From Tubiluchus corallicola (lineage: Eukaryota > Animalia > Priapulida): a stretch of 64,000 bases of DNA. The notes below the pieces were generated by a model. The model saw nothing but the letters and a program-made list of their open reading frames with translations. It was not told the origin of the DNA and did no database searches. The DNA lies in assembly GCA_030141605.1 (NCBI GenBank), contig JAQGDQ010000105.1:372001-436000 (forward strand). The letters are read 5' to 3'. The translations under genes were made by a program, and so were the position numbers. This document shows, piece by piece, positions 47,749 through 61,156 of this stretch (position 1 is the first letter of the stretch; each line of letters starts with the position of its first letter).

Positions 47749-50700
47749 AGGTTCATAATATTAAAATTTCTAGATTTATTAAATTTCTGGATCGTCAATG
47801 TTTCTAGAGAAATTATATAAATTAGCAAAAATAATCAAAACATGAGCAAGGAACATGTATGCGCTTAATATCGTATTTACAATATACGCGTATGTAACGT
47901 AATAACCTGCAAAAACCAAAGATTATACCTAATCGATTAATGGGCTTTAATGTAATCACTGGATCGTCAAAGAAGAAACTTGGGATTCCCAACTCTGAAA
48001 CCAATTCGTATAACGTTTTCGCAATATAGTGATGTCACAAATATCTAGACCTAATACATAGAAAACAGGACAAACCATAAACTGTCTCCAATTCGCAATC
48101 GTTTGCGTCCTCACAGAGAGACTGCCAAAACCCTGACCAAAAAATTATACAGGGTCGTCCACAGAAAATCCCACAAAACTAAATCGCAGCCCTTTACCAT
48201 AGTAGAGGCATTTGTAAAAGAGATTGCGTGAATGCTATCCGAAATCTAGACTACTCGACCACCAACCCAAAACATCCATCCAAAAATGGTAGATTTTGCT
48301 CATTCCCGGAACACCGTGTAGAAAAACGTCTTAGCGGTGCTCCTTAGAAAGAGGAGAAAATGAGATATACAATGATGTGGACTTCTTTTACAAATGCCTC
48401 CTACAGCAGAATTAATGGTATGAGTTAATTTAGGCGAAAGGTTTTTTTCTGAGCGATCCCGTATTTGTGAGTCTACTCGGTAGTTAACATCCGTCGCCCT
48501 TTCTGTCAAAATTGCTGTTAGAAAACCACTGACGTGGCTTCATTACAGTGAGAAATCTCGATTCTCGATGCCAATGAGAAAAGCAACGACAAAAGCTGCC
48601 TGTTGATAAGTGACACCACGTGGTACGCCATGACGTGTGAAATAAGAATCTGCATTTTCATCTCAGTCGCCCGCAGCATCTGTTGTTGCATTAACGGATT
48701 CTGAAGCGGAAACGGGATTTTTCCATCAACTTTAATCGAGTAGTACCAACAATTGTATAGCCGTCATAAAGTACTCTTGGAGCATTGTTTGCAACCTACC
48801 TGGCTTCGCTCAATAATTACATTATTTAGCCCTGACTGCGCACATTAAAATAATCTGGCGTGGGTCATATTTCTATTATCCTAATGCTGTAGTCATGGCA
48901 ACGACAGTTTTTCGCAAAAGCTCAGGAAATGTTGTTCAGCTGCTCCTGACACTAGAGAAGTACATAGAGACTAAATTGTGGTTAAAATACCTAACAAATA
49001 AGATCGAATTTGTCTAGGCTTAGCAAAATCTACAATGCGATCATCACATATAAAAAGACTTCTTTCGTTTTGTTTATTTGTTTTTGCTTGCTTGTCTGGT
49101 TGCCTGCTTGCCTACCTGTCTGCCTGTCACCTGCCTGTCTGTCTGTCTGTCTATCTGTCTAGTATCAGGAAAATGTGGAATGTAACATGTAGAAGCTCAA
49201 CAAGACATTTTTTAAGCTAAAAAATAATTAGTCACAATAATGACCAATCATATCATAATTATAACGCAGTTCTAACTGCGTTGCAATTATCTGTCTTTTG
49301 TTATGTAACTTCATTCATGCAAGTGTGCCTGATATACGTATGTGTTTGCGTTCTGTTTGTTTCGTTTGTGGATTTAGTTTAAGTTACCTTTGGATACAAA
49401 GCTTACTTTTGTACAGAAAAAGTAAAGAACAAAGTAGAGTGTTCTTTACAAATAAAAATCACTTGTCTCCTTCACATTAGTAAGAGTATGAAAAATTCTC
49501 GTTATGGCTTACCTGATACATGAAGACTATTTTTGAAGTAGTGAACAGACAGCTACGGTTACTGCTATCTGACTGTAACGATTCTGTTTAGAAGCTGAAG
49601 CAGAAAAGAAAACATCACAGCACATCGCAAAAACATTAACATTCACCCACAGCTGACGATGCACTGCAAATGAAGCCATTTGGTGCCCAGTCAAGCGCCG
49701 CTCTGATGACGTCATCTTCAGATGAAGCCATTACCCCGTACACTAGGGTGTGACAGTTATATTGCTTCTTAATGGATTTTCGCGCACCAATCAACACCAG
49801 AGATTCAGATCATTTAATTCCTAATCTATGGTACTTCCTTGGTATACTTAATATAACGCGAGCGGACACAGTGAGAATAAATGAATTGTTTTAGTTTAAT
49901 TTACTATAATTTACATTTTGCTTTTATAATTTCCTTCCAATTAATTTAAATTTAGTTTATTGTTCAATCTATGTCAAATCATTTTAGAATGGAGACACAC
50001 GATGAGATTAGAGTATAATAATTGCACAATAATTATGATAATTTACATATAGAAATAAGTATTAGAAAATGTTTACAAAGGATTATAGTTAAAAACGCAC
50101 ATAAAAACCATAATAGATTTTTATATTATACACGTTTTCACTTCGTAATTTTTTAAATATTATTATACGTGACTTGTACTGCTTATATCAAGACGCTTGA
50201 TCGTACGCTATCCATATATATATATATTATATATTTGCATTTGTGCATACATATTATTTCGTATGCAATCAACAACCACACGTCAACTTGACATAGATAC
50301 TGTAGCAATCAGTAATGGCTTTTGATTATGGAATACAGGTAAATAGACAGCGTGTGCTGCATTGTTGTTTAATGTATCCACTTGTGTCGCATTTATTCGC
50401 ACATTAAATGCGCAATAAAACTTTCATATGAAATACATATAAAATCACATTAACGCGCACAATTGGCACTATAGGATATAACCTCAAAATACTCTGTTCC
50501 GCCTAAATTCACATTTTTTCATTTCGGTTATGTTTGTTTTCGAAAATTATATAATTATCAGTTGTTTTATCAAACAGTAAGCAGAAACTGTGCGATATAG
50601 CTATCCCTTTAAATACAACCTATAACTGTGCCTAAAAATTCGTTGTCAGACTTAATTCCTAGCGCAATGCTAACTTAAGTTTGCATTAGAAATGTGGATG

Positions 50701-53700
50701 AACACTTGAATAGTTTTGTCTAGTGCTTGGATCGACCTTTCCTGCCTCAATTTCACTAGGCAATATTACAGATTTAATTAAAACCAGTCAGTCTATAATC
50801 ACCCAGTGACCCAAGGATAATATATTATAATCACTAATTAGTGAAGCCTTTCATCCATTTTGAACAACATAACACAGCTCTTTTCATAAGTTTCATGTAA
50901 TTAGCATAATAATTATGCTCAAAGGAAGAAAATAAATCATGTAACCCTTTGTAACCCTTATGTACTTCATTACTGAAGAGAGGACTTGATAACTGAAATA
51001 TATTTTACAAAGATAAATTTGCTCACATCAAAGGAAAACTTTGAAGACTGGTTGAGTGTAACTTAATTAGGGTCTACGTATTATTTAAGAATAAGTGCAT
51101 CAAGATTTCAAGATAGCATTTCCTTTTACTTATGTACTAGCGCTGTGAGAATGTAATGTACACGCTCAAACCAGAGTTGCGCTTCCACAGCTAAGTTGTT
51201 TATTCTGCAAAAATACAAATTTGCTCTAATCTACAAAATTGTTAATTAATTATACTGGTTAGCTACAACTATTGTCTCTACAAAGCTACTGAAACACGTA
51301 TTAGAAAAATACGTTTTACAGAGTACTACACTACACTATAAAGTTATCATGCATACATACATTGTTGGTCCAATATTGAGTCCAGAAATGCCAGAATGTC
51401 AGCAAAAGGTAGCCAGTTGCAGCCTAATCACAGATTAAATTTTAAAAATAACAGAGACTTGCGCACAAGTTCTACCAAAACAGTTTAAGAGTAGAAAAGT
51501 AGTCTAGCTCGTAATACTACAGTTTCATGCAAATTTAATGTAATGTGGTTTCTAATGCATACATACAGCCTGGGAAGGGTTAACGACGCAAAACATTTTA
51601 ACCTGCAACAGAGACTGCTTCGATTTTGCTTCAGATCTACAACATTTTCAGTGACAAACTAATATTTTTGATTATAATTGTCAGTTTGTCACGTGCATCT
51701 TATTAATAAAAAAGACGCAACGTTTCTACGTTCAGGTGAAAAGAAGAGTTAAAGATGCACAACATTTTTGAATTTTGTGAAACTTGTAACAAAGTCACTA
51801 GTTAAGCACATTCTGCACAGCACAAAAACAACAGAAAATAGGAAGTTAGAAGCTTAGTCGTGAAACCTCAAAAATGCACAACATTTTACAGGAATGAAAA
51901 GTTTAGAGTAAAGTTAGATGCTAATTAACTGACACTGTTTGATTGTAAAATCACTAAATAAAGGCCTCTAGGCTTAACCATGCACGTGTTTTTTTCTATT
52001 TAATAAATCATCTTTTAATTTCATCATTATAGACATTCTTTCGTAATAACAAATAAACTTACTAATAAAAAAATTTGTAAATACAAAATTTTAACATGTC
52101 TTGATCCATTTCAAAATTTTTAAGTCATACTTCTACATATGCTTCGCAATTCACTCTCGCCTTTTTTTAAAACCAAGTTGCAGCACACCCAAATTCTTCC
52201 TCCTGCAATATTCCAGTTGAAATATGCAATGCGACAGACCGAGCAACAAATTCGTACAGAATCCCCTAATCCTCTAACTTAATCCAGCCGCATAAAACTA
52301 CAATAAAGTGGATGCAACTGATTAAAGCTCAGCGAAGCGAGAATTCCGTTCAGTTGTTGGAATCTGTAAACAATATCGTGACATTAGCCACCGGGAGAGG
52401 GGGAGTGGGTAGTAGAGTGACAAGAGTCAATGAGATAATGAGCAATTCAGTTTAAGAGAGTTGACGAAAGCTATGTTTTAAATAAATTAAGTCTCTAATG
52501 CCGTAAAAAGCTCGGGGATTTGATTTCATATTTGCTAAAATCGTAAAACTAGCGGGGTGCCATTTGTAATACCAACTATATCAGAAATAGCCAACTGAGA
52601 GAACATAATTTTCCTATTGATATGAAAAAATCCGGAAATAATTCCAACGAAAACATCTGATGACATTGAAAAGGGGAAGCTACAGGCCAGGTAGTGTTTT
52701 GCCGTGAATTTCGAAAATCTTAGAGAAATATATATATGAACAAATAGTAGGCTTTAGTAATACTTTCTTACGTTCATCCGTTACTGCCTACTAAACAAAT
52801 CGTAGCTGCCAACACACACTATTGTATATAACTGAGATGTGCTGACAAACTTTGAAAAAGACATGTTAGTTATGGACTAGTTATGGACCTGTCTAAAGGG
52901 ATTTAATTGCATCCACTCATGATATTTTCTTAGTAAAGTTTTTAGCATTTGTTGCGTCTGTAAATAGTGCTGCTCCTTTAATGAGTTATTTGAGAAACAC
53001 CTCACAATGTGTAAATTTAGGCACTGACAGTTCATGGACGAAATTGAAACGCATCCAAATGGTTTCACATTGAGGCCGACACTTTTAATGTGTTTTTATG
53101 TGTTTAATGTTTTTATAAGAAAAAAACATTCTAAGTAACGTTGTTGATGATAAAGAGTTAGTTGTTAAAGCTAAAAATCATGATCTTGCAATAGCAAGTT
53201 TGTTGAAGATGCGGAAAGCGCCAGCACGTTGTTTCTGTGTAATTAAATGCAGGCAGTGACCATGAAAAGTACCATTATCTGATAACTAAAAAGGAAAAGA
53301 ATCTTCTAGCACACCTGTTAACATTAGAAAACGTTAACATAGAAGACACGGATTAATGTAAGCTTCTTTTTGTGCATCCGAAACTTGACCAAAGCAGATA
53401 TTGCAGCTTTAAGATGGTAATTAAGTGCGTTCACAAAAATTGCTAGTAGTTTAAATGTAAAAACGACATTGGATGTATATCAAAGTTTTATATATTGCCC
53501 ATATATGTGACTAGGTCACTCTGCAACACAGTCTGTTCAGCAACTCACTCTGTCCAGAAGCTCCAAAAAAGCGCACTGAAAATTGTAGACCATGACTATA
53601 TAACATTGTTTAAAAAATGCCAAAGTCCCAAGTATAGTTACTATATATAAATACAACTTGCTTAAAAAAGCGTATCTATCAGTCCACAGCGTCAATCGGT

Positions 53701-54094
53701 GTTATACATCTCAAATGTTTGTGATGAGAAACACTGTATATTCTTTGAGAAGCGATTTGACATTAGGACTCACGTGGAGTCAATTATGAAACACATGGCA
53801 AACAAAAAGATACAATGACTAAAATAATTAAGCAATAACAAAGTGTTTCCGGAATAGAGTTTTCTTTTCACAAAAAAGAGGAAGATTATAATGCCACGAC
53901 ATAGAATAACTCGGGATCAAGGGATCAATAGAGTATTTGAACAACTTACTTTCCTGTGAGATGGATTCACAATATTGAAAAGGTTGCCACAGCCCGTGTG
54001 TTATTTTTTTATAACACTCTCTGATTGAAAAAACTCGAGTAATCAGTATTTGGGGACATATTTAAATGCGGCGCGTTTAAAATCTTGCTATTTA

Positions 54095-54290
54095 CACCAG
54101 TGACATCGAATAACTTTGTGACGTCGTAGGTAAAAAAAATATCATTACTAGGCAACCTTGGGTAGCAACAGCGAATACACCATCAAGTCGCAAGTAGTTG
54201 TCAATAAGGGTGGTGGGGAAGTGGGGCAATATTGTGATGCCTTTTAGGGAATGTGATGCTTAGTCTGTTTGCCACGACCGAACATGGCAA
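54095..54290 (+). promoter_or_regulatory. Putative promoter of the coiled-coil gene (RFX half-sites, CRE-like)
   Basis: CpG-richer region just upstream of ATG 54284, with TGACGTCG (54119-54126), GGCAAC and TAGCAAC (54151-54169), and CATGGCAAC over the start codon. Confidence 0.4.
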
Positions 54291-54376
54291 CGGCGGCGAA
54301 AAAATCACTGCCCAGGTGTTACGAAGAAACGAAGCCTTCATTCATACAACAGCACGCCCATAAGAAAATTCTACAG
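54284..54376 (+). CDS. C6orf163: C6orf163-like coiled-coil protein, exon 1
   Basis: AACATGG start; MATAAKKSLPRCYEETKPSFIQQHAHKKILQ; donor CAG|GTAAGA (phase 0). HKKILQ resembles C6orf163 THKDILD as recalled from memory. Confidence 0.55.
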
Positions 54377-55123
54377 GTAAGAAGTTCATTTAAGGTCAAA
54401 TATATTGCATTTCACTTAAACTCATTTTAGCTTTGCATCATTCCGTTTTACAATATATTCATGATTGTAACGTGCATGTCAGGTTTCCACATAAATAGAC
54501 TAGTGTAGTAGATTACGTCATGTGAGTGTGGTGTTTGTTCAGTTAGTCTGTCAGTTGGTTGGTCACCCCAGTTGCAGAGTTTGGGAAAGAAAATACAATC
54601 TCCAATCATTTTTGGCCCTTCTATGTATTCTACCTTTTGTTCAAATGTGGAAGTAAAATAATATTAGTATTAAAAAGACCTTTTCTATAGCCTGTAAATG
54701 ATAATGGCCATTAGCCAAGGTTAGTAAGTACTGCGGGAGGGCCAGTTTAATCGCTTGTAATGATAGGAAGCCAACGTATACCTATGTCTACTACTACTCT
54801 CGCAGGTATCGAAAAGTGGTCAGCAACTCTACTCCAGATACGGCACGCAGTTTGGTATGACGTGCAAGTAGTATTGTCCACGTAGTCAGTTATAACGTAT
54901 GGTGACTTTGTCCATGAGGTCTGAAATTATTAGACAACTTGAGTGGGCAGATGTTTTTGGTGGTAGAGATTTCCACGAAGTTTGGTGACAATTAAAACTT
55001 TGTCTCATTGCTGTAATCGTATCGTTGGGAAGTGCTATGGGAGTGCCGACAAACCCTTGAGAGGCGGATCCATGTTTGAGGTGACGAGGCACCCCTAGTA
55101 CGGTAACAACCCAGAGACTGTAA

Positions 55124-55228
55124 GTTGCCCAATTTAGCATTTGCTTATCTGATGCTACCAGTTGCGTGGAAGCTGGACTTAACTTCCTCGCTGTTCAAGA
55201 AATTGGTGGTGACATTAACAGACACTGA
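55124..55228 (+). mobile_element. Possible LINE AP-endonuclease N-terminal relic in intron 1
   Basis: VAQFSIC...GLNFLAVQEIGG resembles APE motifs I and II (..D...QE) in a GC-richer intronic block. Confidence 0.35.
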
Positions 55229-56236
55229 GCTGCAACCTCATCATAGAGGCGCCTGACGTTAAACTTAGTAGGCGTACGCAACCCCCGTGGTGTATTTCTA
55301 AGTGAGATAATGCCGGTTGATCATCATACCGCTAGCGAGGACTACATCATTTGGGGTGGCGTGTAGTTAGGCAAATAGGTACCCTCTTTTAGTTAGGTTT
55401 AGCTGTGGTGCATTATTTGCCAATTTATTTGTTAGTTTATGGACTTCATATTGTAAGTCCCAGGCTTAAAGTGTTTGTTTATTTTGTGAACACGGTAAAA
55501 GGTAACCATATTTGGCTCATTCAAAAGTTGTTAAATTAGTGTTTGACTAATGATAATGTTTTTTTACATATAATTTTTTTTTGTTGCTGCTTAATAATTA
55601 TTTCTACAATATTTATGCAATTGATTGTTTGTGCAATAGTTGCCTACGCATCGTCGTTTGCACTATCACAATGAGTACTCCAAGCAAAATAAACTGCACA
55701 TCCCACACCCGAACCACTCTGCTCAACAGACAGCTACCCCCCCCCCCCCCGTAGACTGCCTATAAGCTCGCCACTGTCTGAAGCTAACAGGTAGATGATT
55801 GGTCGCCCCTTTCTTTAGCTCGGTCAGGCCAGTCAAATTGTTACCCAGCGACTACCTTTGATCAAACAACCTACCCCCAGACGCCAGATCGTTACAATGA
55901 TCCTCTAAATACATGCACCTGAAACAGTTTTTGTTGTTATATTTTCGCGATGCAGTGTATTTTGTACTACTTGAATTTACGGCAATTAAGTTTATCTTAC
56001 ACTATAAACAATACTTGCGAGTAAAAATTATATAATAGAGTTGTTCAAGAGTGTTGCACTGGTTCGCTTTTGGGAATGGAATAGCTGTTACATTTTTACT
56101 AATATTTTCTTGCATATTTATCTGTTAAAACAATCAGTTTTCAAAATCACCCGATTTTTGTAGTAAGTGCAATATAACGTGCATTGTTAACACTGAATTT
56201 AAGATCGTTTAACATGAGAATATTCTTGATGGTGAG

Positions 56237-56694
56237 ATAGGGGATTCTATACTTGATGAACTAAATGAGCGGTACAGGCAGAGGTTTCGATACTTCTTAA
56301 CAAGAGCAGAAGATCGCGTGCATCAAGACGAGGAAGTAGTGCGAGAGAAAGCTGTCCAGGTAGCAGTTGAAAATGTCAAAAAGGAACAAGAAGAGAAGGA
56401 AAATCAGCAAAAAGAAGAACTCCAAAAAGTGCATCAACGTGTAAACGTTGCTGATCTAGCGCAGCACGCTAAGACTGACGGTGGTGACGTGGTGTTAAAG
56501 GATCGCAGAGAAAGTGAAGATGTGGCATTGATCGAAGTAGCACTAGATCGTGAGAGAGCGAAATGGTCAGGGATTGCTGACCAGATGGTGCATGAGACAG
56601 AGCAGAAATGGTGGAGGATATTACTGGATTCAGTGACAATTGCTAGGCAACAAGAAAGAGATGTCATGCAGAAAATGATAGAGAATTTAAAAAG
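56237..56694 (+). CDS. C6orf163: C6orf163-like coiled-coil protein, exon 2 (5' boundary uncertain)
   Basis: Open frame from 56213: IGDSILDELNERY...RAEDRVHQDEEVVREKAVQVAVE...ARQQERDVMQ; E/K/Q-rich heptads; donor AAG|GTACGC (phase 2), compatible with exon 3. Confidence 0.75.
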
Positions 56695-56830
56695 GTACGC
56701 ATCGCGTTACGTCGGCAATATTTTTTCCTATCATTAAGCCACAGTAATTTAGTGCACATAACAACGAAACGCTAAATCAACAAGTACAGACACTCACGAA
56801 TTCTGAAATACTTTATCATGCTTGAGATAT

Positions 56831-56990
56831 GTACTTGGTGACCAAAGTTAAGCAACACCAAGTCTAATTAATAAATGGGTGTCCGCAGGGAAAATTGTAG
56901 ACAGTTTCATCTGCAATACTGCCCCTGGCTGTTGACCTTGTTCAGGAAAGACGTGTGCTCATTCGCACACAGATAGAACACCTTTGTCTG
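56831..56990 (+). mobile_element. 5S rRNA-derived SINE (SINE3-like) remnant
   Basis: AAGTTAAGCAACACCAAGTCTAATTAATAAATGGGTGTCCGCAGGGAA resembles the 5S internal promoter region AAGTTAAGCA...GGTTAGTACTTGGATGGGTGACCGCCTGGGAA. Confidence 0.55.
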
Positions 56991-57044
56991 TTCAATATTT
57001 CATCCTACATGATTTACTTGACAAGAAAATAGATCTCGGGGGTA

Positions 57045-57252
57045 TCACAACCATCTATTATATACCTATGCGTTTTGTGGTGTTACAATATGCGTTAAAC
57101 TTTATTAAATTATTCGCTTTGGAATCCTACGTTATGGGTTAACTTTTTATTACATTATCGATTCATTTTAATACATTATCAGTTAATTATTACATTATGC
57201 GTTAATTTTTTCGCAATACAATACCGGGCGTTTTGACATTACCAGTTGTAAC
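57045..57252. repeat. Degenerate array of TTACATTATGCG-like units ending AGTTGTAAC
   Basis: GTTACAATATGCG, CTACGTTATGGG, ATTACATTATCG, ATACATTATCAG, ATTACATTATGCG, GACATTACCAG. Confidence 0.6.
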
Positions 57253-57419
57253 GCGCTCACCACTCATTGTACAATATAGGAATTAACTTCTCATGTAGAC
57301 AAAAAAACTGAGATACAACAGATATTAGCAGGCAAGTGAGATTGTATTTGACAGGTAACTAGTACAGAATTTATCTTGTATGAAAGTTGAGTTCCATTAA
57401 AATGTGGTGTGTTTAACAG

Positions 57420-57565
57420 TGATTTCAAACTTGAGCTGGAAAAGGCAGAGTTTCAAGGCGATGAGACACGAATTACAGAAAAGAAACAACTCTTAAAAGA
57501 CTTCAACAAAGCACTAATAAACGAAGTTGCAGAAGCACATGTCACAGAAAGAAAGATTGCTTCAG
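57420..57565 (+). CDS. C6orf163: C6orf163-like coiled-coil protein, exon 3
   Basis: Acceptor GTTTAACAG| (phase 2); DFKLELEKAEFQGDETRITEKKQLLKDFNKALINEVAEAHVTERKIAS; donor CAG|GTGAGA (phase 1). Confidence 0.8.
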
Positions 57566-57719
57566 GTGAGATATGATGCTTACGCACGGGATTTAAATCC
57601 GTGGTTAAGAGAGAAAAACTATAGATAGAGAGTGCTTAGAGTTTGATTTGTTAGAGTGCGATCTTTGTTCTTTGCTATTTTTACCTGCATTTCTTTAAGT
57701 AGCATTCACGGCTTGTTAA

Positions 57720-58005
57720 GCATTCATCATCATTTATCATCATCAGCAACAGCAGCATCGGCAGCATCAAAGCATCATCGTCTTCTGATCCTCTTCGTCG
57801 TCGTCTCATCATCACCTTCATCATAATGATGATGATGATCATCATCATCATCGCTAGCTCCTATTTATAATAGCAGCAGCAGCAGCAGCAGTGTTTAGGC
57901 ATCAATTTGAATTCTCATTAGTTATTTCCATCACTGTCATATCATCAGCATCGTAATCGTCGCTATCATCACCGTCATCATCGTCATCATCACCATCATC
58001 ATCAT
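57720..58005. repeat. Degenerate (CAT)/(CAG)/(CGT) trinucleotide region
   Basis: Mixed triplet repeats in intron 3. Confidence 0.85.
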
Positions 58006-58121
58006 GGCTATTCCCTTCAACTATCGAAACGAAAAACGGTTAGATGGAAACTATTTACATATTACATATTTACAATATACTGAGCGCCATGTAAAGCAAA
58101 AAATTCGATTCTATTATGTTT

Positions 58122-58426
58122 ATTGTTCTATTCCTATTCTGTTCTATTCTGTTCTGTTCTGTTCTGCTCTGCTCTGCTCGGCTCGGCTCGGCTCGGCTCG
58201 GCTCGGCTCGGCTCGGCTCGGCTCGGCTCGGTTCGGTTCGGTTCGGTTCGGTTCGGTTCGGTTCGGTTCGGTTCGGTTCGGTTCGGTTCGGTTCGGTTCG
58301 GTTCGGTTCGGTTCGGTTCTGTTCTGTTCTGTTCTGTTCTGTTCTGTTCTGTTCTGTTCTGTTCTGTTCTGTTCTGTTCTGTTCTGTTCTGTTCTGTTCT
58401 GCTCTATTCTATTCTATTCTATTCTA
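58122..58426. repeat. Compound pentanucleotide microsatellite
   Basis: TTCTA/TTCTG/CTCTG/CTCGG/TTCGG/TTCTG/TTCTA blocks. Confidence 0.95.
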
Positions 58427-59644
58427 GTTTACGGTGTCCAAGATAACGTAATTAACTTCAACCAACTGCATTTACAAAAAGATATGACAAGAACGTACAC
58501 TTGAGCCCTTGCAGTACTAACAAAAATAATGAAATCAACTTGCCATGTTCGTCTAATGTAGGCCATTTAACAGCAGGATTTTTCTTTTTTGAGATCAAAT
58601 TTAACATAAAAACAATTTTTATTTAATTAAAAAAGTTAACCGAACTTAAAATTTGACACTAATTTTATTAAAGGTCGCGGTTTCCTTCCTAATGGAATCG
58701 AAACTCGAAGTGCATTTCTTAGACCCCAAAACATTTTGTTGGGTTTGCTCGTTAAAGTTCGGAAAATCGCAAGATAAACAAATGTGCTAACAGTTATACC
58801 GATTCGTTTCTGTGACAATGCTACACAACGAAACATGCCGTTCTGCGTTGGTCGTTTTATTCATTAACTTTAACGGACAAACAATTTTTTTAACTCACAG
58901 TTTTCAATAAATTTAACATTATTGAACTGAGACACTGATCACAATGAGACTGTGAAACTTACGTCTCTAGATTCTGCTACAATAACATCGGTACTACAGC
59001 ATGCGAAATATGACACGTTATAACCAATCGCTGCCCTAACTAAGGACTGTTACTGAATTTTGCTGGCGTCATCTAACGAGTAAAATGCGCGAAATCATGT
59101 TTATGTTCCAGGGAAATGACATCCTCACACACGATTTACTGTTCTATATAAACCGAGAAAAAGTTGCAAATATCAGAAAATCTTAGCTAAGTCATTTAAA
59201 ACTGAAACTTAATAAAGTACGCTTTTGACTCTTTGTTGGAAGCACTAGAGATCATTGAAAACAAGTTTAGATTTACATGGTAAAACAAGTTGCAAAACTG
59301 TTTTATAAGTAAATGAATAGTAGTGGTGTAAGGCCATATTTAGATAAGCAATGTACATTAAGGTGCGAAAAAATATTAGAACCTTACTAAGAAACCTGGA
59401 TTTCTCATATTCTGTCAGCATTAACAAACCTGCAGATAGAAAGTGTAAATTTCAATGGGTGGCATTTTGTTGCCCAGCTTTAAATGTCAAAATACAACTG
59501 AAACAATTCAGTATGAAAATACGTACAGATGAACAAAAATTGAAATGTGTTTAGCACGTTGTGGGTGTTAAATCTAATTATAACGCCGCAATTGTACAGA
59601 AAAACTACGATTGTTAGATGTATGATTGTTATGATTTGGCACAG

Positions 59645-59922
59645 ATAATATTGAAAACTTGAAATCTCAGTTTGCAACTCGACTAGAAACAAAAACAGTA
59701 GAGGAATTCGACCTGCAAGAGACGATTAGCAAACTTCGAAAAGAACTCAGGAGCAGCGAACAGCACGTTTCAAGTCTAAAATCTGAGCTCGAGACGATGT
59801 CCAGAGAATTTCAACGTTACGTGGAGGAGTCAGAGATGTTTATAGGAGAAAAAGCTGACTATCTTTTCCCCGAAATGGATGATTACAGTAGAGTTGACAA
59901 AGAAGGAGAAGGTGGGCTTTAA
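59645..59922 (+). CDS. C6orf163: C6orf163-like coiled-coil protein, last exon
   Basis: Acceptor TTGGCACAG| (phase 1) is in frame with exon 3. LETMSREFQRYVEESEMFIGEKADYLFPE resembles the recalled C6orf163 C-terminal EFQKYI...GHADFILPE. Stop at 59920-59922; AATAAA at ~60033. Confidence 0.8.
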
Positions 59923-61156
59923 ATTTCATAAAACTAATGGTGTAATTAATTATTAGTAAACCGTATTATAACCCTGCTATTGAAATAAGCTGGGTATGTC
60001 GTAACCAGCATCAATTAACTCTGCAATTGTAAAATAAAAAGTTGCTTGTCACGGCTATAAGTATTCAATTCTGCTGTATTCTGTGCAACTTCCTGTACCT
60101 GAACTCTGATTACTGCAACATCAGTTTAGGTTCTAGAGTTACCTATATTATATCTGATCAACAATGCTATTCTAGTACAAGCCTACACAACTAAAAATTA
60201 GGAAATATTACAAAATTACTCTTGTCCTGTCTATGTGATGGAAGCTACACTAATACTGTTAAAATCCGGATTTCTATGCTCACCGGAATCTCAGATTTCT
60301 GATACGAATAAACGTGCAAAAACTAAATTCGAGTTAAGAACAATTTAATCAATTGATTGCACTTTCTCTTCTACTAAATTAGAATATCTTTCTTGTGGTT
60401 AATTAAGCTTTATTCACACAGGATGAAACTGTAATAATTAATATCGCTTGTACACCTAGATTATTTTTATAATTTTTACAGAAGATAAGCCTACCAGCAA
60501 CCCAGCTAGCCCACAGTTACAACTCGGTTCTGCAATATGGATGTATCAGTAATAAACAAAATGCCATGGACATCAACCATTTGTGTTATTCTGAACATTA
60601 AAATAATTTTGCTATATGACCAGACAGTTAGTACTATATATGTAAATGGATGGAAAATAAAACTAAAAATGGAAAACTGAATTTAATTTCTTTGACGTTT
60701 TTACCAAAAAACGTAAAAGGGCTATTTTAAACAGTTTATTAACTTTACTTCAAAAACTGCAGTTTGTGACCTAAAAACTAGTCCAGAATGCAAAGCATAA
60801 GGGTTGCTCGCTTACTGAGTTTTTCAAACCAACTGTCTGGACATATCATTTAGAACGTCATTTACTGTTGTCATGGAATCAATCTGGTGAATATATTAGT
60901 AGAACGCCATTTAGGCTTGCTATACATCCGTTTTATTATAAAAATCTAGAATACGAAGTTACTCTATTATTTATGCTATCACAGTATAAAAACTGACTAA
61001 AACGTATTACGTGTACAACAACAACGAGATCAATTTCTCGGCGAAACAGATCTATTCATAAAATTACATCTAACCGAATAGTCCAACTAGACTCCGTTGT
61101 CTTTTATACAGATTAGCAGGTATAGTACAACATTATACTGTTTTAGTTGGGTAGCA

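Noticed and set aside
50971-51010. CTGAAGA..GAAATATATTT hammerhead-like motif
   Set aside because: Stem II has only 2 bp, stem I cannot be formed and there is no adjacent PLE coding relic. It may be a decayed pseudo-LTR but this is unsupported.
57045-57252. CRISPR-like repeat-spacer array (also 9276-9416 and the LTR repeats)
   Set aside because: Units are short, degenerate and irregularly spaced; eukaryotic context with no cas genes.
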